A stretch of DNA of 64,000 nt. Origin: Candidatus Iainarchaeum sp. (GTDB lineage: Archaea; Iainarchaeota; Iainarchaeia; Iainarchaeales; UBA10191). This document shows, piece by piece, positions 10,813 through 19,816 of this stretch. A program made the translations under genes and the position numbers. The notes under the pieces were generated by a model. It saw only the letters and a program-made list of their open reading frames with translations, was not told the origin of the DNA and searched no databases. Position 1 is the stretch's first letter. Every line of letters begins with the position of its first letter. Location of the stretch: positions 1 through 64,000 of the forward strand of contig JAUSFL010000044.1 of the NCBI GenBank assembly GCA_030649735.1, given 5' to 3'.

Positions 10813-10886
10813 TGGGCCCGCGGAGAGTCGAACTCCACTCTCGACCGTGTGAAGGTCGCGTCCTCAAACCAATAGACTACGGGCCC
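10813..10886 (-). tRNA. tRNA-Val(CAC)
   Basis: GGGCCCG acceptor stem, anticodon arm CGACC-TTCACAC-GGTCG, T-loop TTCGACT, no CCA. Confidence 0.92.
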
Positions 10887-10888
10887 TA

Positions 10889-10972
10889 TGCAGGGGGGAG
10901 GATTTGAACCCCCGAAGGCACTAAGCCACTGGCTCCTGAAGCCAGCACGTTTGACCGCTTCGCTACCCCTGC
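10889..10972 (-). tRNA. tRNA-Leu(CAG)
   Basis: GCAGGGG acceptor stem, anticodon arm CTGGC-TTCAGGA-GCCAG, long variable arm, T-loop TTCAAAT. Confidence 0.93.
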
Positions 10973-11037
10973 GCTGTTGAAACATTTATGGCTTGAAAAG
11001 GTTAAAAATAGGAAAGAAAAAGCGCTTGCTTTTTCCT

Positions 11038-11592
11038 TCAAAAATTGTCCGCGAGCACTTCAAAGAATGCTTGAGAGTGCCTGCATGCAGGGCATTCTAA
11101 AGGCGCTGTGTTTCCTTCGTAAATGAAGCCGCAGTTTATGCATTTCCAGAAGACTTTGCCGTCTTTTTTGAAAACTTTTGTTTCAAGAATGTTTTTCACC
11201 AGCGCGTTGTAGCGTTTTTCGTGATGCACTTCGACGCTTGCGACGTTTTTGAACGCATTTGCCGCCTCAATCCAGCCTTCAGAGCGCGCGATTTTCTCAA
11301 AGTCAGGGTACATTGTGCCCCACTCGTACTTTTCCCCGGCTGCCGCTGCCTTTAAGTTTTCTTCAGTGCTTCCAAGGCCCTGCAGTAATTTAAAGAACAC
11401 TTTCGCGTGCTCTTTTTCATTGTCTGATGTTTCCTGAAAAATGTTTCCAACCTGCTCAAGGCCTGCCTTTCTGGCAACGCTTGCAAAATAAGAGTACTTG
11501 TTTCTTGCCTGGCTTTCTCCCGCAAATGCCTTTTCCAAGGCTTCTTTTGTTTTAGGGTATTTTTTCAAGTCGACTTTCTGAAATTCCGCCAT
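11038..11592 (-). CDS. rbr: Rubrerythrin
   Basis: AFAGESQARNKY, EKEHAK, C-terminal rubredoxin CxxC...CPAC. Confidence 0.93.
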   Translation of the reverse strand: MAEFQKVDLKKYPKTKEALEKAFAGESQARNKYSYFASVARKAGLEQVGNIFQETSDNEKEHAKVFFKLLQGLGSTEENLKAAAAGEKYEWGTMYPDFEKIARSEGWIEAANAFKNVASVEVHHEKRYNALVKNILETKVFKKDGKVFWKCINCGFIYEGNTAPLECPACRHSQAFFEVLADNF

Positions 11593-11659
11593 TAACCAAC
11601 ACCTCTCCGCTTTTGTAAATATTGGAAAATAATCCTTTAATTGCTTTTGGTTCGGTTTT

Positions 11660-11968
11660 TCACTGGTTTTTCAGTTTTTCAACAAGCAAGTTTTCAACGC
11701 ATTCCTTGATTTTGTCCTTTGCCATTTCCGGATTTTCCAAAACCATCATTGAGGAAATCTTGACTGACGAAGTGATTTGATTCGAGTTTTTGACGCGCGA
11801 AAAACGCGCTATGAAAATATCGTCCTCTCCAATTGTCGGGTTCACAAGCCTGTACATTACAAGCTCTTTCTTGCATTCCCTGCGCAAATAGTCAAAGTCT
11901 CTTTTCAAGACAGTTGGGGTTGAAAAAATAGCGTTCACGCATTTTGCCTCTCCGTTGCAAAACACCAA
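11660..11968 (-). CDS. Hypothetical protein (5' end uncertain; in-frame ATG-GCT-TAG upstream at 12037)
   Basis: Open frame extends to a TAG two codons after an ATG. Confidence 0.5.
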   Translation of the reverse strand: MVFCNGEAKCVNAIFSTPTVLKRDFDYLRRECKKELVMYRLVNPTIGEDDIFIARFSRVKNSNQITSSVKISSMMVLENPEMAKDKIKECVENLLVEKLKNQ

Positions 11969-12149
11969 GATCGAATTGAAGTTTCCCTCAAGCTTTTCAA
12001 AATGCTTTTCAGACTTTATTTCATCAATCTAAGCCATAAAACTCAGTAGAATAAAACGCTGGGAAAGAATTTAAGCATTTCCAGAATTAACTGTCAAGTT
12101 GCCCGTTATTTTGCAAAAATCTTAAAAAGTTAAACCCAGTTTATTTGTA

Positions 12150-12926
12150 ATGCCTAAAAATACTGGGAATTTTAGACGCCGCGCAAATAGCAATGACTTC
12201 AAAAGGCCCCAAGGCCGCCAAGAATTTGGAAGGCCAGTAGTGATAATTCCCGCATTCAATGAGCAAGGAAACATTGGAACAACTCTTTCCATTTTAAAAC
12301 GCATGCACGTAGAAAAGCATGCAAGGATTTTAGTTGTTGATGACGGCTCAACTGATAAAACCGCAGAAGTTGCTGAACGATTAGGAGCATCTGTTTTGCG
12401 GCTGACGGAAAATAGCGGAAAAGCATTTGCATTCATGACTGCAATAAAAAATGTTCAGTCTTCCAATCCTTCGGCTGTGGTAACGATTGATGCAGACATG
12501 GTAAAGATCGAGCCCAGGGGATTCTTTGAACTTTTGAACAGTGCATTAAAGGCCTCAAACCGCAATGAGGGCAAAATGTTCGTCACTCCAGTAATGGAAC
12601 TGAGGGACACAAGCGGCGTCAACACGCCTTTTCCTTCAGGAATAAGGAGTTTTTCATCAAAGGCAATCAATCGCCTTTCAAAATTAAGGACTAAAAGATT
12701 CAGTGAGGATTATCACGGTTATGGTTTGGAAAAATTCCTGAACTTTTTCTTCAGGAAGGAATTTAACGCTTTAAACCTCACCAAATTTTTCACTGCCGAT
12801 AAGCCTTACAGGAAAGGCAAGGCCTTGCAGCACAGCCAAGTCAGTAAAGCAAATGTGAAAATTAAAAAAATTAGCGAGTATTTGAAAATGCGGGCTTCAA
12901 GAAACAGAAAAAGAATGGTGGCTTAA
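12150..12926 (+). CDS. GT2-family glycosyltransferase with basic termini
   Basis: IIPAFNE, VVDDGSTDKT, TIDADM. Confidence 0.85.
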   Translation: MPKNTGNFRRRANSNDFKRPQGRQEFGRPVVIIPAFNEQGNIGTTLSILKRMHVEKHARILVVDDGSTDKTAEVAERLGASVLRLTENSGKAFAFMTAIKNVQSSNPSAVVTIDADMVKIEPRGFFELLNSALKASNRNEGKMFVTPVMELRDTSGVNTPFPSGIRSFSSKAINRLSKLRTKRFSEDYHGYGLEKFLNFFFRKEFNALNLTKFFTADKPYRKGKALQHSQVSKANVKIKKISEYLKMRASRNRKRMVA

Positions 12927-12970
12927 ATGCCTTTTTTGTAAGATGGAAAAGGAAAAGAGAATAATTTGCA

Positions 12971-13897
12971 TTAAACAGGCGGGCGGATTTTTGGCCTGAA
13001 TTTTGAAGACTTTATTTTAGCCCATCCTTGTGTCTTGCGCTTTCTCAAATAACGCTTGCTTAAAGCGAACGGAATTTGCTCCAATGGGGTTTTTGCAATA
13101 GCATACATTTTTTCTGCGCGGGAAAGCTTTCTGAAATAAGAAATCCATTCACGCAGGCTCCTTCTTGATTCTTGGTTGGTCCAAGAGCCGGGCAATACTT
13201 TTGTGAGGCCCATTTCAAAAAGCTGCCTTCTGCCCGCATATACTCTTGTCTTCTGCTTTATCCAATCGCGCAATGTTCTTGCAGGCTGATAGTAAACTTT
13301 TGCAGAACTGACAAATGCAGTCCTTTCCTTCCCTGCCACTGCCTCCAAAAAACCGTCATCATTTATTATATTGTGCGGCATTTTGACAGATTCTGCAAAA
13401 TCCCTTCTAATGCCATACAGCATTCCAATTACTTCGGGAAGTTCTGGAACAGCGGCCTTTTTTTCCAGCCTTCCCATTCCGCGAAGGACAATTGATTTTG
13501 GCTTTCCCACAGGAACTACCCGGGAAGCGGCAATCACTATTTTTCCAGAAAATGCATTTCGCAAGTTTTCAAAAGCAGTCCTGTGCACTAAAACGTCGGC
13601 ATCGGCAAAAAACAATACTTTCGCACGCCTATCCATTCTTTTGACCAGGGCATTCCAGGCATTCACTTTCCCCGGAGCACTCGCCATGACTTTTAATTCG
13701 CCATTAAGGTGCTGTGCGCTGATTTTTCTCACAATTTCTTCAGTCTTGTCAGTGCAGCCGTTGCAGCAAACCATGACTTCACGCATTCCTGGAGGCGTCT
13801 GCCTCCACAAAGTGCTTTTGAAAACGCTTGAAAGCATTCTCTCAATGCTTTCCTCCTCATTGTAAGCAGGAATTCCAAGACTCAAAAAATCAGGCAT
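12971..13897 (-). CDS. GT2-family glycosyltransferase (paralog A)
   Basis: GIPAYNEE, CNGCTDKT, FADADV, NDDGFL, QKTR. Confidence 0.88.
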   Translation of the reverse strand: MPDFLSLGIPAYNEEESIERMLSSVFKSTLWRQTPPGMREVMVCCNGCTDKTEEIVRKISAQHLNGELKVMASAPGKVNAWNALVKRMDRRAKVLFFADADVLVHRTAFENLRNAFSGKIVIAASRVVPVGKPKSIVLRGMGRLEKKAAVPELPEVIGMLYGIRRDFAESVKMPHNIINDDGFLEAVAGKERTAFVSSAKVYYQPARTLRDWIKQKTRVYAGRRQLFEMGLTKVLPGSWTNQESRRSLREWISYFRKLSRAEKMYAIAKTPLEQIPFALSKRYLRKRKTQGWAKIKSSKFRPKIRPPV

Positions 13898-13955
13898 CAA
13901 ATATCACTCGCGAATATTACTTTAAAATCTAAAATGTAAAAACCATTTTTTCAAT

Positions 13956-14876
13956 TTATCCCCGCGGGGTCCTTACCTTGAGTTTGGCAGTTTGCGACTT
14001 GCTCCAGCCAGGAGTCTTTCGTTTTTTAAAATAACTTTTGCTTTTGGCAAATGCAACCCTATCCAATGGAAGCGTTGCAAGAGTGTACAATTTCTCTACG
14101 CGGGAAAGTTTTCCAAATTGAGAAATTCTCTCACGCCAGCTTTTCATTGACTCCTTGCCAACCAAAGCTCCCGGCACCCCTTTCAAAAGCCCCATTTCAT
14201 AAAATTGTCTTCCGCCAGCAAAATTTCTTATGCGCGCATTCATGTAGTCGCGAATTTTCCTTGCAGATTGATAGTAAACTTTTGCAGAATTTACAAAGAC
14301 AACCCGGTTTCCTGCCTTAATTTCCAAAAAAGTGTCATCGCAAATAATATTAGCAGGCATTTTCACTGATTCTGCAAAATCCCTTTTAACGCCATAAAGC
14401 ATTCCAGTGACCCAGGGAGTTCCTGAACGAAGAACTTCCTTTGATAATTTGTTTATTCCACGCATGAATGCTGAATCAGCCGCTGTTAAAGGAACTATTC
14501 TCGCAGCTGCAATCAAAGCTCTTCCGGAAAGCGCGCTTTTCAAGTTTTCCAAGGCCTTGCGATGGACTAGAACATCAGCATCGGCAAAAAACAATACTTT
14601 CGCACGCCCATCCATTTTCTTGACCAGGGCATTCCATGCAACTGCCTTTCCCGGGGCGCTAACAATAAGCTTCACATCTCCCCTACGCTGCTCAACACTG
14701 ATCCGCTTCACAATTTCCTCAGTCTTGTCAGTGCAGCCGTTGCAGCAAACCATGACTTCACGCATTCCTGGAGGCGTCTGCCTCCACAAAGTGCTTTTGA
14801 AAACACTTGAAAGCATTCTCTCAATGCTTTCCTCCTCATTATAAGCCGCAATTCCAACACTCAAAAAATCAGCCAT
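13956..14876 (-). CDS. GT2-family glycosyltransferase (paralog B)
   Basis: GIAAYNEE, CNGCTDKT, FADADV, CDDTFL; near-identical N-terminus to paralog A. Confidence 0.88.
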   Translation of the reverse strand: MADFLSVGIAAYNEEESIERMLSSVFKSTLWRQTPPGMREVMVCCNGCTDKTEEIVKRISVEQRRGDVKLIVSAPGKAVAWNALVKKMDGRAKVLFFADADVLVHRKALENLKSALSGRALIAAARIVPLTAADSAFMRGINKLSKEVLRSGTPWVTGMLYGVKRDFAESVKMPANIICDDTFLEIKAGNRVVFVNSAKVYYQSARKIRDYMNARIRNFAGGRQFYEMGLLKGVPGALVGKESMKSWRERISQFGKLSRVEKLYTLATLPLDRVAFAKSKSYFKKRKTPGWSKSQTAKLKVRTPRG

Positions 14877-15130
14877 TTAAAGCACCTTAATTTATGGTTT
14901 TTCCAGAGAATGACGCAATTTCAAATTATAAGCTTTTGGATTGAATTTAAAAGAAAATTTTAAAGGGAAACGCAGGGCAGATTTTTTGTGGGGGCTTTGG
15001 GGAAAATAACCTTTTCTGCCCTGCTGGAAAAGCACAATTTTGGAATGACTAACAAAATCATACTCGAAAAAGAGCTTCTAGACTAAAAAAACAGCATTGG
15101 CTTTTAAAAATTCCCAAACACAGTATTTTC

Positions 15131-15201
15131 AGGCGATGATGAAGTTAACACCTATAGACCTTGAGCGATCAAGGAGTGATGAGGATGTCAAGACTGAGCC
15201 T
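15131..15201 (+). ncRNA. Box C/D 2'-O-methylation guide sRNA
   Basis: Terminal stem AGGC/GCCT; C box ATGATGA 15136-15142; D' TAGA; hairpin CCTTGA-GCGA-TCAAGG; C' GTGATGA; D box CTGA 15194-15197; TATA-like TTTTAAAAA about 25 nt upstream; T-run downstream. Confidence 0.85.
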
Positions 15202-15260
15202 ATTTTCTTTTATTAGTTTCGAACCTTATTCTAAAGGTTTTTGACGGAGTTGATTTGAAA

Positions 15261-15560
15261 ATGCCAGATTTGAAAATTAAGGACTTGAAGGCCGGAACCG
15301 GCGACGTAACAATTGAATTGGAAATTGTGAGCCTGGGGGAAGCAAGGGCTTTCAGCAGCTTTAAAGGCCAAGGAACTGTCTGCAGCGCAGCGGGAAAAGA
15401 TTCTGACGGAAAAGAAATCACGGTTTCATTATGGAACGACCAGTGCAAGCAAGTTCACGAAGGCGACAAAATAAAAATCGAAAAAGGCTACGTGAGCGAG
15501 TACAAGGGCCAAAAGCAATTAAGCACTGGAAAATTTGGCATTTTGACTGTTTTAAAATAA
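15261..15560 (+). CDS. Single OB-fold ssDNA-binding protein (SSB/RPA-like)
   Basis: KIKDLKAG...VSLWNDQ...GDKIKIEKGYVSEYKGQKQLSTGKFG pattern. Confidence 0.85.
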   Translation: MPDLKIKDLKAGTGDVTIELEIVSLGEARAFSSFKGQGTVCSAAGKDSDGKEITVSLWNDQCKQVHEGDKIKIEKGYVSEYKGQKQLSTGKFGILTVLK

Positions 15561-15613
15561 AGCATTCAAGAAAAAAGCCGGGTTAATAAAGTTTTTTCAG
15601 GAATAATGGTATT

Positions 15614-16882
15614 ATGCTGGACATTGATTTAATCAGGAAGAACCCACAGTTTGTCAAGGAAAACCTTGCAAAAAGGCTTTGCGAAATCAGCATTGACGAA
15701 GTCGTGAAATCCGATCTCGAATGGAAGAAAAGCAAAGAGCTTGAGGATTCTTTAAGAAAGAAAAGAAACGACTTGACTGAAGAAATCAAGAACGCAAAAA
15801 TGCAGAAAAAGCCTGCAGAGCGCTTGGTTGATGAAGCAAAGCAAGTCGCAGACAAAATAATCGTCGCGGGCGAAAAAACAAAAGAAATGGCTGAAAAAAG
15901 AAACTATCTGATTGAAAGGCTTCCGAACTTGATTGACAATTCTGTTCCTGAAGGCCCTGAAGAAAATTTCAAAATAGTAAAAGAATGGGGCAAAAAGCCA
16001 AGCTTTGATTTCAAGCCAAAACAGCACCACGAGCTTGGGCAATCTTTGGGAATTTTGGACATGCCCCGCGCGGCAAAGATTGCGGGCGCTGGATTTTACA
16101 TGTTCCGCGGGCCATTGGCAAGGTTGGAATGGGCTTTAATCAATTATTTTAGGGATTCTCACTTCAAAAACGGATTTGAGGAAATTTGCCCGCCATTTTT
16201 AGTCAATTCGCAAACTGCTTTTGGCACTGGAAATTTGCCAAAATTTGAGAAAGACCTTTACAAGACCATTGACGGCTTTTACTTGATTCCTACAGCCGAA
16301 GTTCCAGTAACAAACATTTACGCCAATGAAGTCTTGGAAGAAAGCGAATTGCCAAAAAGATTTTACGCTTACACGCCATGCTATAGGACAGAGGCTGGAA
16401 GGCACGGCTCTGAAACCCCTGGGTTTTTCAGGCTGCATCAATTTGACAAGGTTGAAATGGTTTTCTTGAGCAAGCCTGAAGACTCTTGGAAAATGCATGA
16501 GGAAATGCTTTCTTTTGGGGAAAAATTGATTGAAGGCTTGGGCTTGCATTACAGGACTAAAATGCTTGCTGCCGGAGATTGCGGAATTGCTTCTGCAAAA
16601 ACTTACGATTTGGAAGTTTACGCTCCGGGAATGGACAAGTATTTGGAAACCAGCAGCATTTCAAACTGCACTGACTTTCAGGCAAGAAGAATGAACACCA
16701 AGTATAAGACAAAAGAAGGCTCAAAGTTAATTCACACTTTGAATGGTTCTGGCCTTGCAACACCGCGCTTGATGATTGCACTAATGGAAACTTGCCAGAC
16801 AAAGGAAGGAAACATCAAGGTTCCGGAAGTACTGCAAAAATACATGAACGGCTTGAAAGAAATAGCGCCGGTAAAAAAATAA
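15614..16882 (+). CDS. serS: Serine--tRNA ligase
   Basis: N-terminal coiled-coil arm, LIPTAEVP, FRLHQFDKVE, HTLNGSGLATPR. Confidence 0.97.
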   Translation: MLDIDLIRKNPQFVKENLAKRLCEISIDEVVKSDLEWKKSKELEDSLRKKRNDLTEEIKNAKMQKKPAERLVDEAKQVADKIIVAGEKTKEMAEKRNYLIERLPNLIDNSVPEGPEENFKIVKEWGKKPSFDFKPKQHHELGQSLGILDMPRAAKIAGAGFYMFRGPLARLEWALINYFRDSHFKNGFEEICPPFLVNSQTAFGTGNLPKFEKDLYKTIDGFYLIPTAEVPVTNIYANEVLEESELPKRFYAYTPCYRTEAGRHGSETPGFFRLHQFDKVEMVFLSKPEDSWKMHEEMLSFGEKLIEGLGLHYRTKMLAAGDCGIASAKTYDLEVYAPGMDKYLETSSISNCTDFQARRMNTKYKTKEGSKLIHTLNGSGLATPRLMIALMETCQTKEGNIKVPEVLQKYMNGLKEIAPVKK

Positions 16883-16884
16883 AA

Positions 16885-17103
16885 TTATTTCTTTAATTCG
16901 GCGAGCTTTTTCTTCCAGTCTTTAAGCGTCAAGCGTTTCATTTCTTTTCCGTGCAAGACTTGGCCATTGGCCAGTTTCAAAAGCAAGTAAGGCGCAGCGC
17001 ATTCCCCGCATTTCGTCAAAGAGCCAAAATGGCAATAGCCTTGCTTTTCCCACAGGCTAAGGCAAAATTCAAGTTCTGAAACCAAAGAATTCATAAAATT
17101 CAA
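16885..17103 (-). CDS. Small Cys-containing hypothetical protein
   Basis: 72-aa ORF filling the gap between genes; C-x6-CGEC. Confidence 0.55.
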   Translation of the reverse strand: MNFMNSLVSELEFCLSLWEKQGYCHFGSLTKCGECAAPYLLLKLANGQVLHGKEMKRLTLKDWKKKLAELKK

Positions 17104-17112
17104 ACAAGAAAA

Positions 17113-17721
17113 TTATCTTTTGCTAATGTAGCTTTTCCTGATTTTTTGCAGTGCTTCAAAGTCTGCAATCCGGACTGTGCCTTGCTGGATTCTTTGCGCT
17201 ATTTGCTGCAATTGGTCTTGGTGGACTGAACTGATTTCCAAACTTTGCGAAGCCTGCCTTAATTCCTGCAAAATCCTTAAAGAATTCATGCGCATTGCTT
17301 GCCTTGAAACTGCAGGATCCAAATGCTCCCGCACTACTGGCTCGCGCCTTGCTGTCTGAGGCCTTTGAGCAGAAGGCCTTTTTTCCAAAGGCCCTAATTT
17401 TGAAAGCTCTCTTTTTTGGAACAATTGCTTCACGCGTTCAATGTCTGCGGCAGTCCAAGAGCCAGTGATGTTTCTTTCTTCAATGGCACGCAATTCAGCC
17501 TGGGCCTTCATTGACAAGTGAGTTGTCTGCTCTGAAAGCATTTCCCTAAATTTCCCCAAAAGCCCTGAAAGCTCAACGCTTGCAGTCCTCCGCGGCTTTG
17601 CGACAGGCCTTAACTTTTCTTTCCCGTAAGTCGGCCCGCGGGGATGCTTTTCAAAATGTTCTGAAGCCCTGCTGACTCCGGAAATCGGAGGAATGAAAGG
17701 CTTTCTCGGAGGCTTTGGCAT
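17113..17721 (-). CDS. Basic orphan protein
   Basis: 202-aa ORF, Pro/Arg/Lys-rich N-terminus. Confidence 0.6.
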   Translation of the reverse strand: MPKPPRKPFIPPISGVSRASEHFEKHPRGPTYGKEKLRPVAKPRRTASVELSGLLGKFREMLSEQTTHLSMKAQAELRAIEERNITGSWTAADIERVKQLFQKRELSKLGPLEKRPSAQRPQTARREPVVREHLDPAVSRQAMRMNSLRILQELRQASQSLEISSVHQDQLQQIAQRIQQGTVRIADFEALQKIRKSYISKR

Positions 17722-17759
17722 GAAATAATTAACGCATTGCGGGTTTTTTAATCTGTAGC

Positions 17760-19033
17760 ATGAAAAATCCAGGAACGGCTGCCCTTTAGAGTGGAAATGA
17801 ATCGCGCTTCAAATTATTCTTTCGACCGGAATTCTGGGGTTTGGGAGTGTTTATTAATTTTAGAATGTACTTTTTTGTAATGGCTGAGTCTAGTTTGAGG
17901 GCTTATAAATTCAGATTGTATCCAAATAAATTGCAGATTTTGGGATTGCGTAAGCATCTATGGATATCTAAGAATCTGTGGAATAAATTGCTTGCTTTTT
18001 GTAAGGGCATTTATGCTAAAACTAAAAGGTTTCCGAAAAAGACTGAATTGCAGTTAATGGTGAAGGGTTTTGGTTTGTATTCTCAGACTCAGCAGTGTGT
18101 TTCTCATCGAGTGTTCGAGTCAATCAAGAGGATGTTTACTCTTAAGAAAAAGGGGGTTCATTGTGGTTTTCCAAGGTTTAAGAGTTTTCACAATATGAAG
18201 TCTTTGTATTATCCTCAGAGTGGTTTTAAGCTCGGGAAGAAGTTAAAGGTGACTCCTTTTGGTGAAATTGCAATCAGAAAGCATAGGAAAATTAAGGGAC
18301 GAATTAAGACTTTGAGTTTGAAACTGGAGCCTACTGGCAAGTGGTATGCTGTTTTTACTGTGGAAGTAGAATTAGAGCACAGGGTAAATTGCGGTGGTTT
18401 TGTGGGTGTTGATTTGGGTTTGAAGTCTTTTGCTTCTTTGTCTGATGGTCTGATAATTCAGAATCCGCATCATTTTAAAAAGTACGAAAGCAAACTTTCT
18501 TTTTTGCAGAGGAATTTATCACGATGCAAGAAAGATTCAAGAAACAGAAATAAAGCCAAGCATAAAGTTGCTTTATTGCATGAGAAAGTAGGTAATTCGC
18601 GCAGGGATTTTTTGCATAAGTTGAGTGCTTCTTTAGTTTCAAAATATTCTCTAATAGCATTGGAAAAGCTTAATCCAAAAGAAATGAGTGAACAACAATT
18701 AGGAAAAAGCATTCATGATGCTGGTTGGAGCATGTTCTCGAACATGTTGTGCTACAAGGCTGAAAGTGCTGGTAGCAGAATAGTGTTCGTGAATCCAAAA
18801 GACACAACTAAAGAATGCAGTGAATGCGGATCATTATCCAAGAAAAACTTGCAGGATAGAACACACAATTGCCCAATTTGCGGTTTTTCTCTGGATAGAG
18901 ATTTAAATGCTGCCAAAGTTATACTCAAAAGAGCTACCGCCGGACTTGCGGAATGTAACGCTTGCGGAGTCGGAACAAAAAGTTCCGTCAAGGAAGCAAG
19001 AAACCCAGTCAATTAAGACTGAGGGGATGTCAC
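17760..19033 (+). mobile_element. IS200/IS605-family non-autonomous (IS1341-like) element; left boundary approximate
   Basis: tnpB without tnpA; right-end hairpin CAGTC-AATTAA-GACTG followed by GATGTCAC; composition differs from flanks. Confidence 0.75.
17880..19016 (+). CDS. tnpB: TnpB RNA-guided endonuclease
   Basis: AYKFRLYP HTH; RuvC GVDLGL, ALEKL, DRDLNAA; Zn finger CSECG...CPICG. Confidence 0.93.
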   Translation: MAESSLRAYKFRLYPNKLQILGLRKHLWISKNLWNKLLAFCKGIYAKTKRFPKKTELQLMVKGFGLYSQTQQCVSHRVFESIKRMFTLKKKGVHCGFPRFKSFHNMKSLYYPQSGFKLGKKLKVTPFGEIAIRKHRKIKGRIKTLSLKLEPTGKWYAVFTVEVELEHRVNCGGFVGVDLGLKSFASLSDGLIIQNPHHFKKYESKLSFLQRNLSRCKKDSRNRNKAKHKVALLHEKVGNSRRDFLHKLSASLVSKYSLIALEKLNPKEMSEQQLGKSIHDAGWSMFSNMLCYKAESAGSRIVFVNPKDTTKECSECGSLSKKNLQDRTHNCPICGFSLDRDLNAAKVILKRATAGLAECNACGVGTKSSVKEARNPVN

Positions 19034-19050
19034 CTTTTGGCTTTTTAAAC
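18925..19050 (+). ncRNA. Putative omega-RNA of TnpB overlapping the gene 3' end; guide begins after TCAC at 19033
   Basis: Hairpins CCGC/GCGG, GGAAC/GTTCC and the right-end hairpin in the layout known for TnpB guide RNAs; limits approximate. Confidence 0.6.
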
Positions 19051-19078
19051 AATAAAAACCATTCAATAATCAGTCATT

Positions 19079-19792
19079 ATGAATTCAGTCTTGAATTTTT
19101 CCACAATTGAAAAAAAGGAAGTCTTGAAGTTTTTGGAGAACTTTCCAAGCTCTGGCGTGCGTTCAGAGTTTGAGGAATACCGTTGCAAGATTCTGGACTG
19201 TGCTGTAGTGCTTTACAAATCGGGAAAGCTTTTGATTCAAGGAAACTCTGCGGAAAAAGTGAAGGCGACAATTTTGCAAAAGGTTTCTTTCAAGGACGAA
19301 CTAGTGCTTGGAATTGATGAAGTCGGCAGGGGCGAAGGCTTTGGAGCTTTTGTTGTTGCAGGGGTTTTGGGAAAAACAAGCGCTTTGCGCGAGCTAAGGG
19401 ACAGCAAGAAAACCGCAAAGGAAAAAATTCCTGAAAAGGCAAGGCTTGTGAAAAAAAATGCGGAGTGGTTTTTTGTTGAAATTTCGGCGAGTGAAATTGA
19501 CTCTTTAAGAGAGTTAGGCACTACAATGAATCAAATCCAGGCAAACGCAGTGAACAAAATCATCAAGCATTTTGAAGCCGAAAAAGCAAAAGAAAAATTC
19601 CGGATTGTAGTTGACGGCTCGAAAATCAAAGGCATTGACAAGAAAGCAGAATTTTTGACAAAAGCCGACGACCTTGTAGTGCAATGCGCTGCTGCTTCAA
19701 TAATCGCAAAAGACGCAAGAAATAATAGCAAGGATTCTGGAAAAAGAAATACTTGGAAAAGCAAGGAAAATTCAGAGAAAACAAAAAATTAA
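19079..19792 (+). CDS. Ribonuclease HIII-like protein (TBP-like N-domain plus RNase H type 2 domain)
   Basis: VLYKSGKLLIQG N-domain; GIDEVGRG, LRDSKK, VVDG, ADD...AAASIIAK. Confidence 0.75.
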   Translation: MNSVLNFSTIEKKEVLKFLENFPSSGVRSEFEEYRCKILDCAVVLYKSGKLLIQGNSAEKVKATILQKVSFKDELVLGIDEVGRGEGFGAFVVAGVLGKTSALRELRDSKKTAKEKIPEKARLVKKNAEWFFVEISASEIDSLRELGTTMNQIQANAVNKIIKHFEAEKAKEKFRIVVDGSKIKGIDKKAEFLTKADDLVVQCAAASIIAKDARNNSKDSGKRNTWKSKENSEKTKN

Positions 19793-19816
19793 ATACGCAA
19801 ACAAGGTGAATATATT

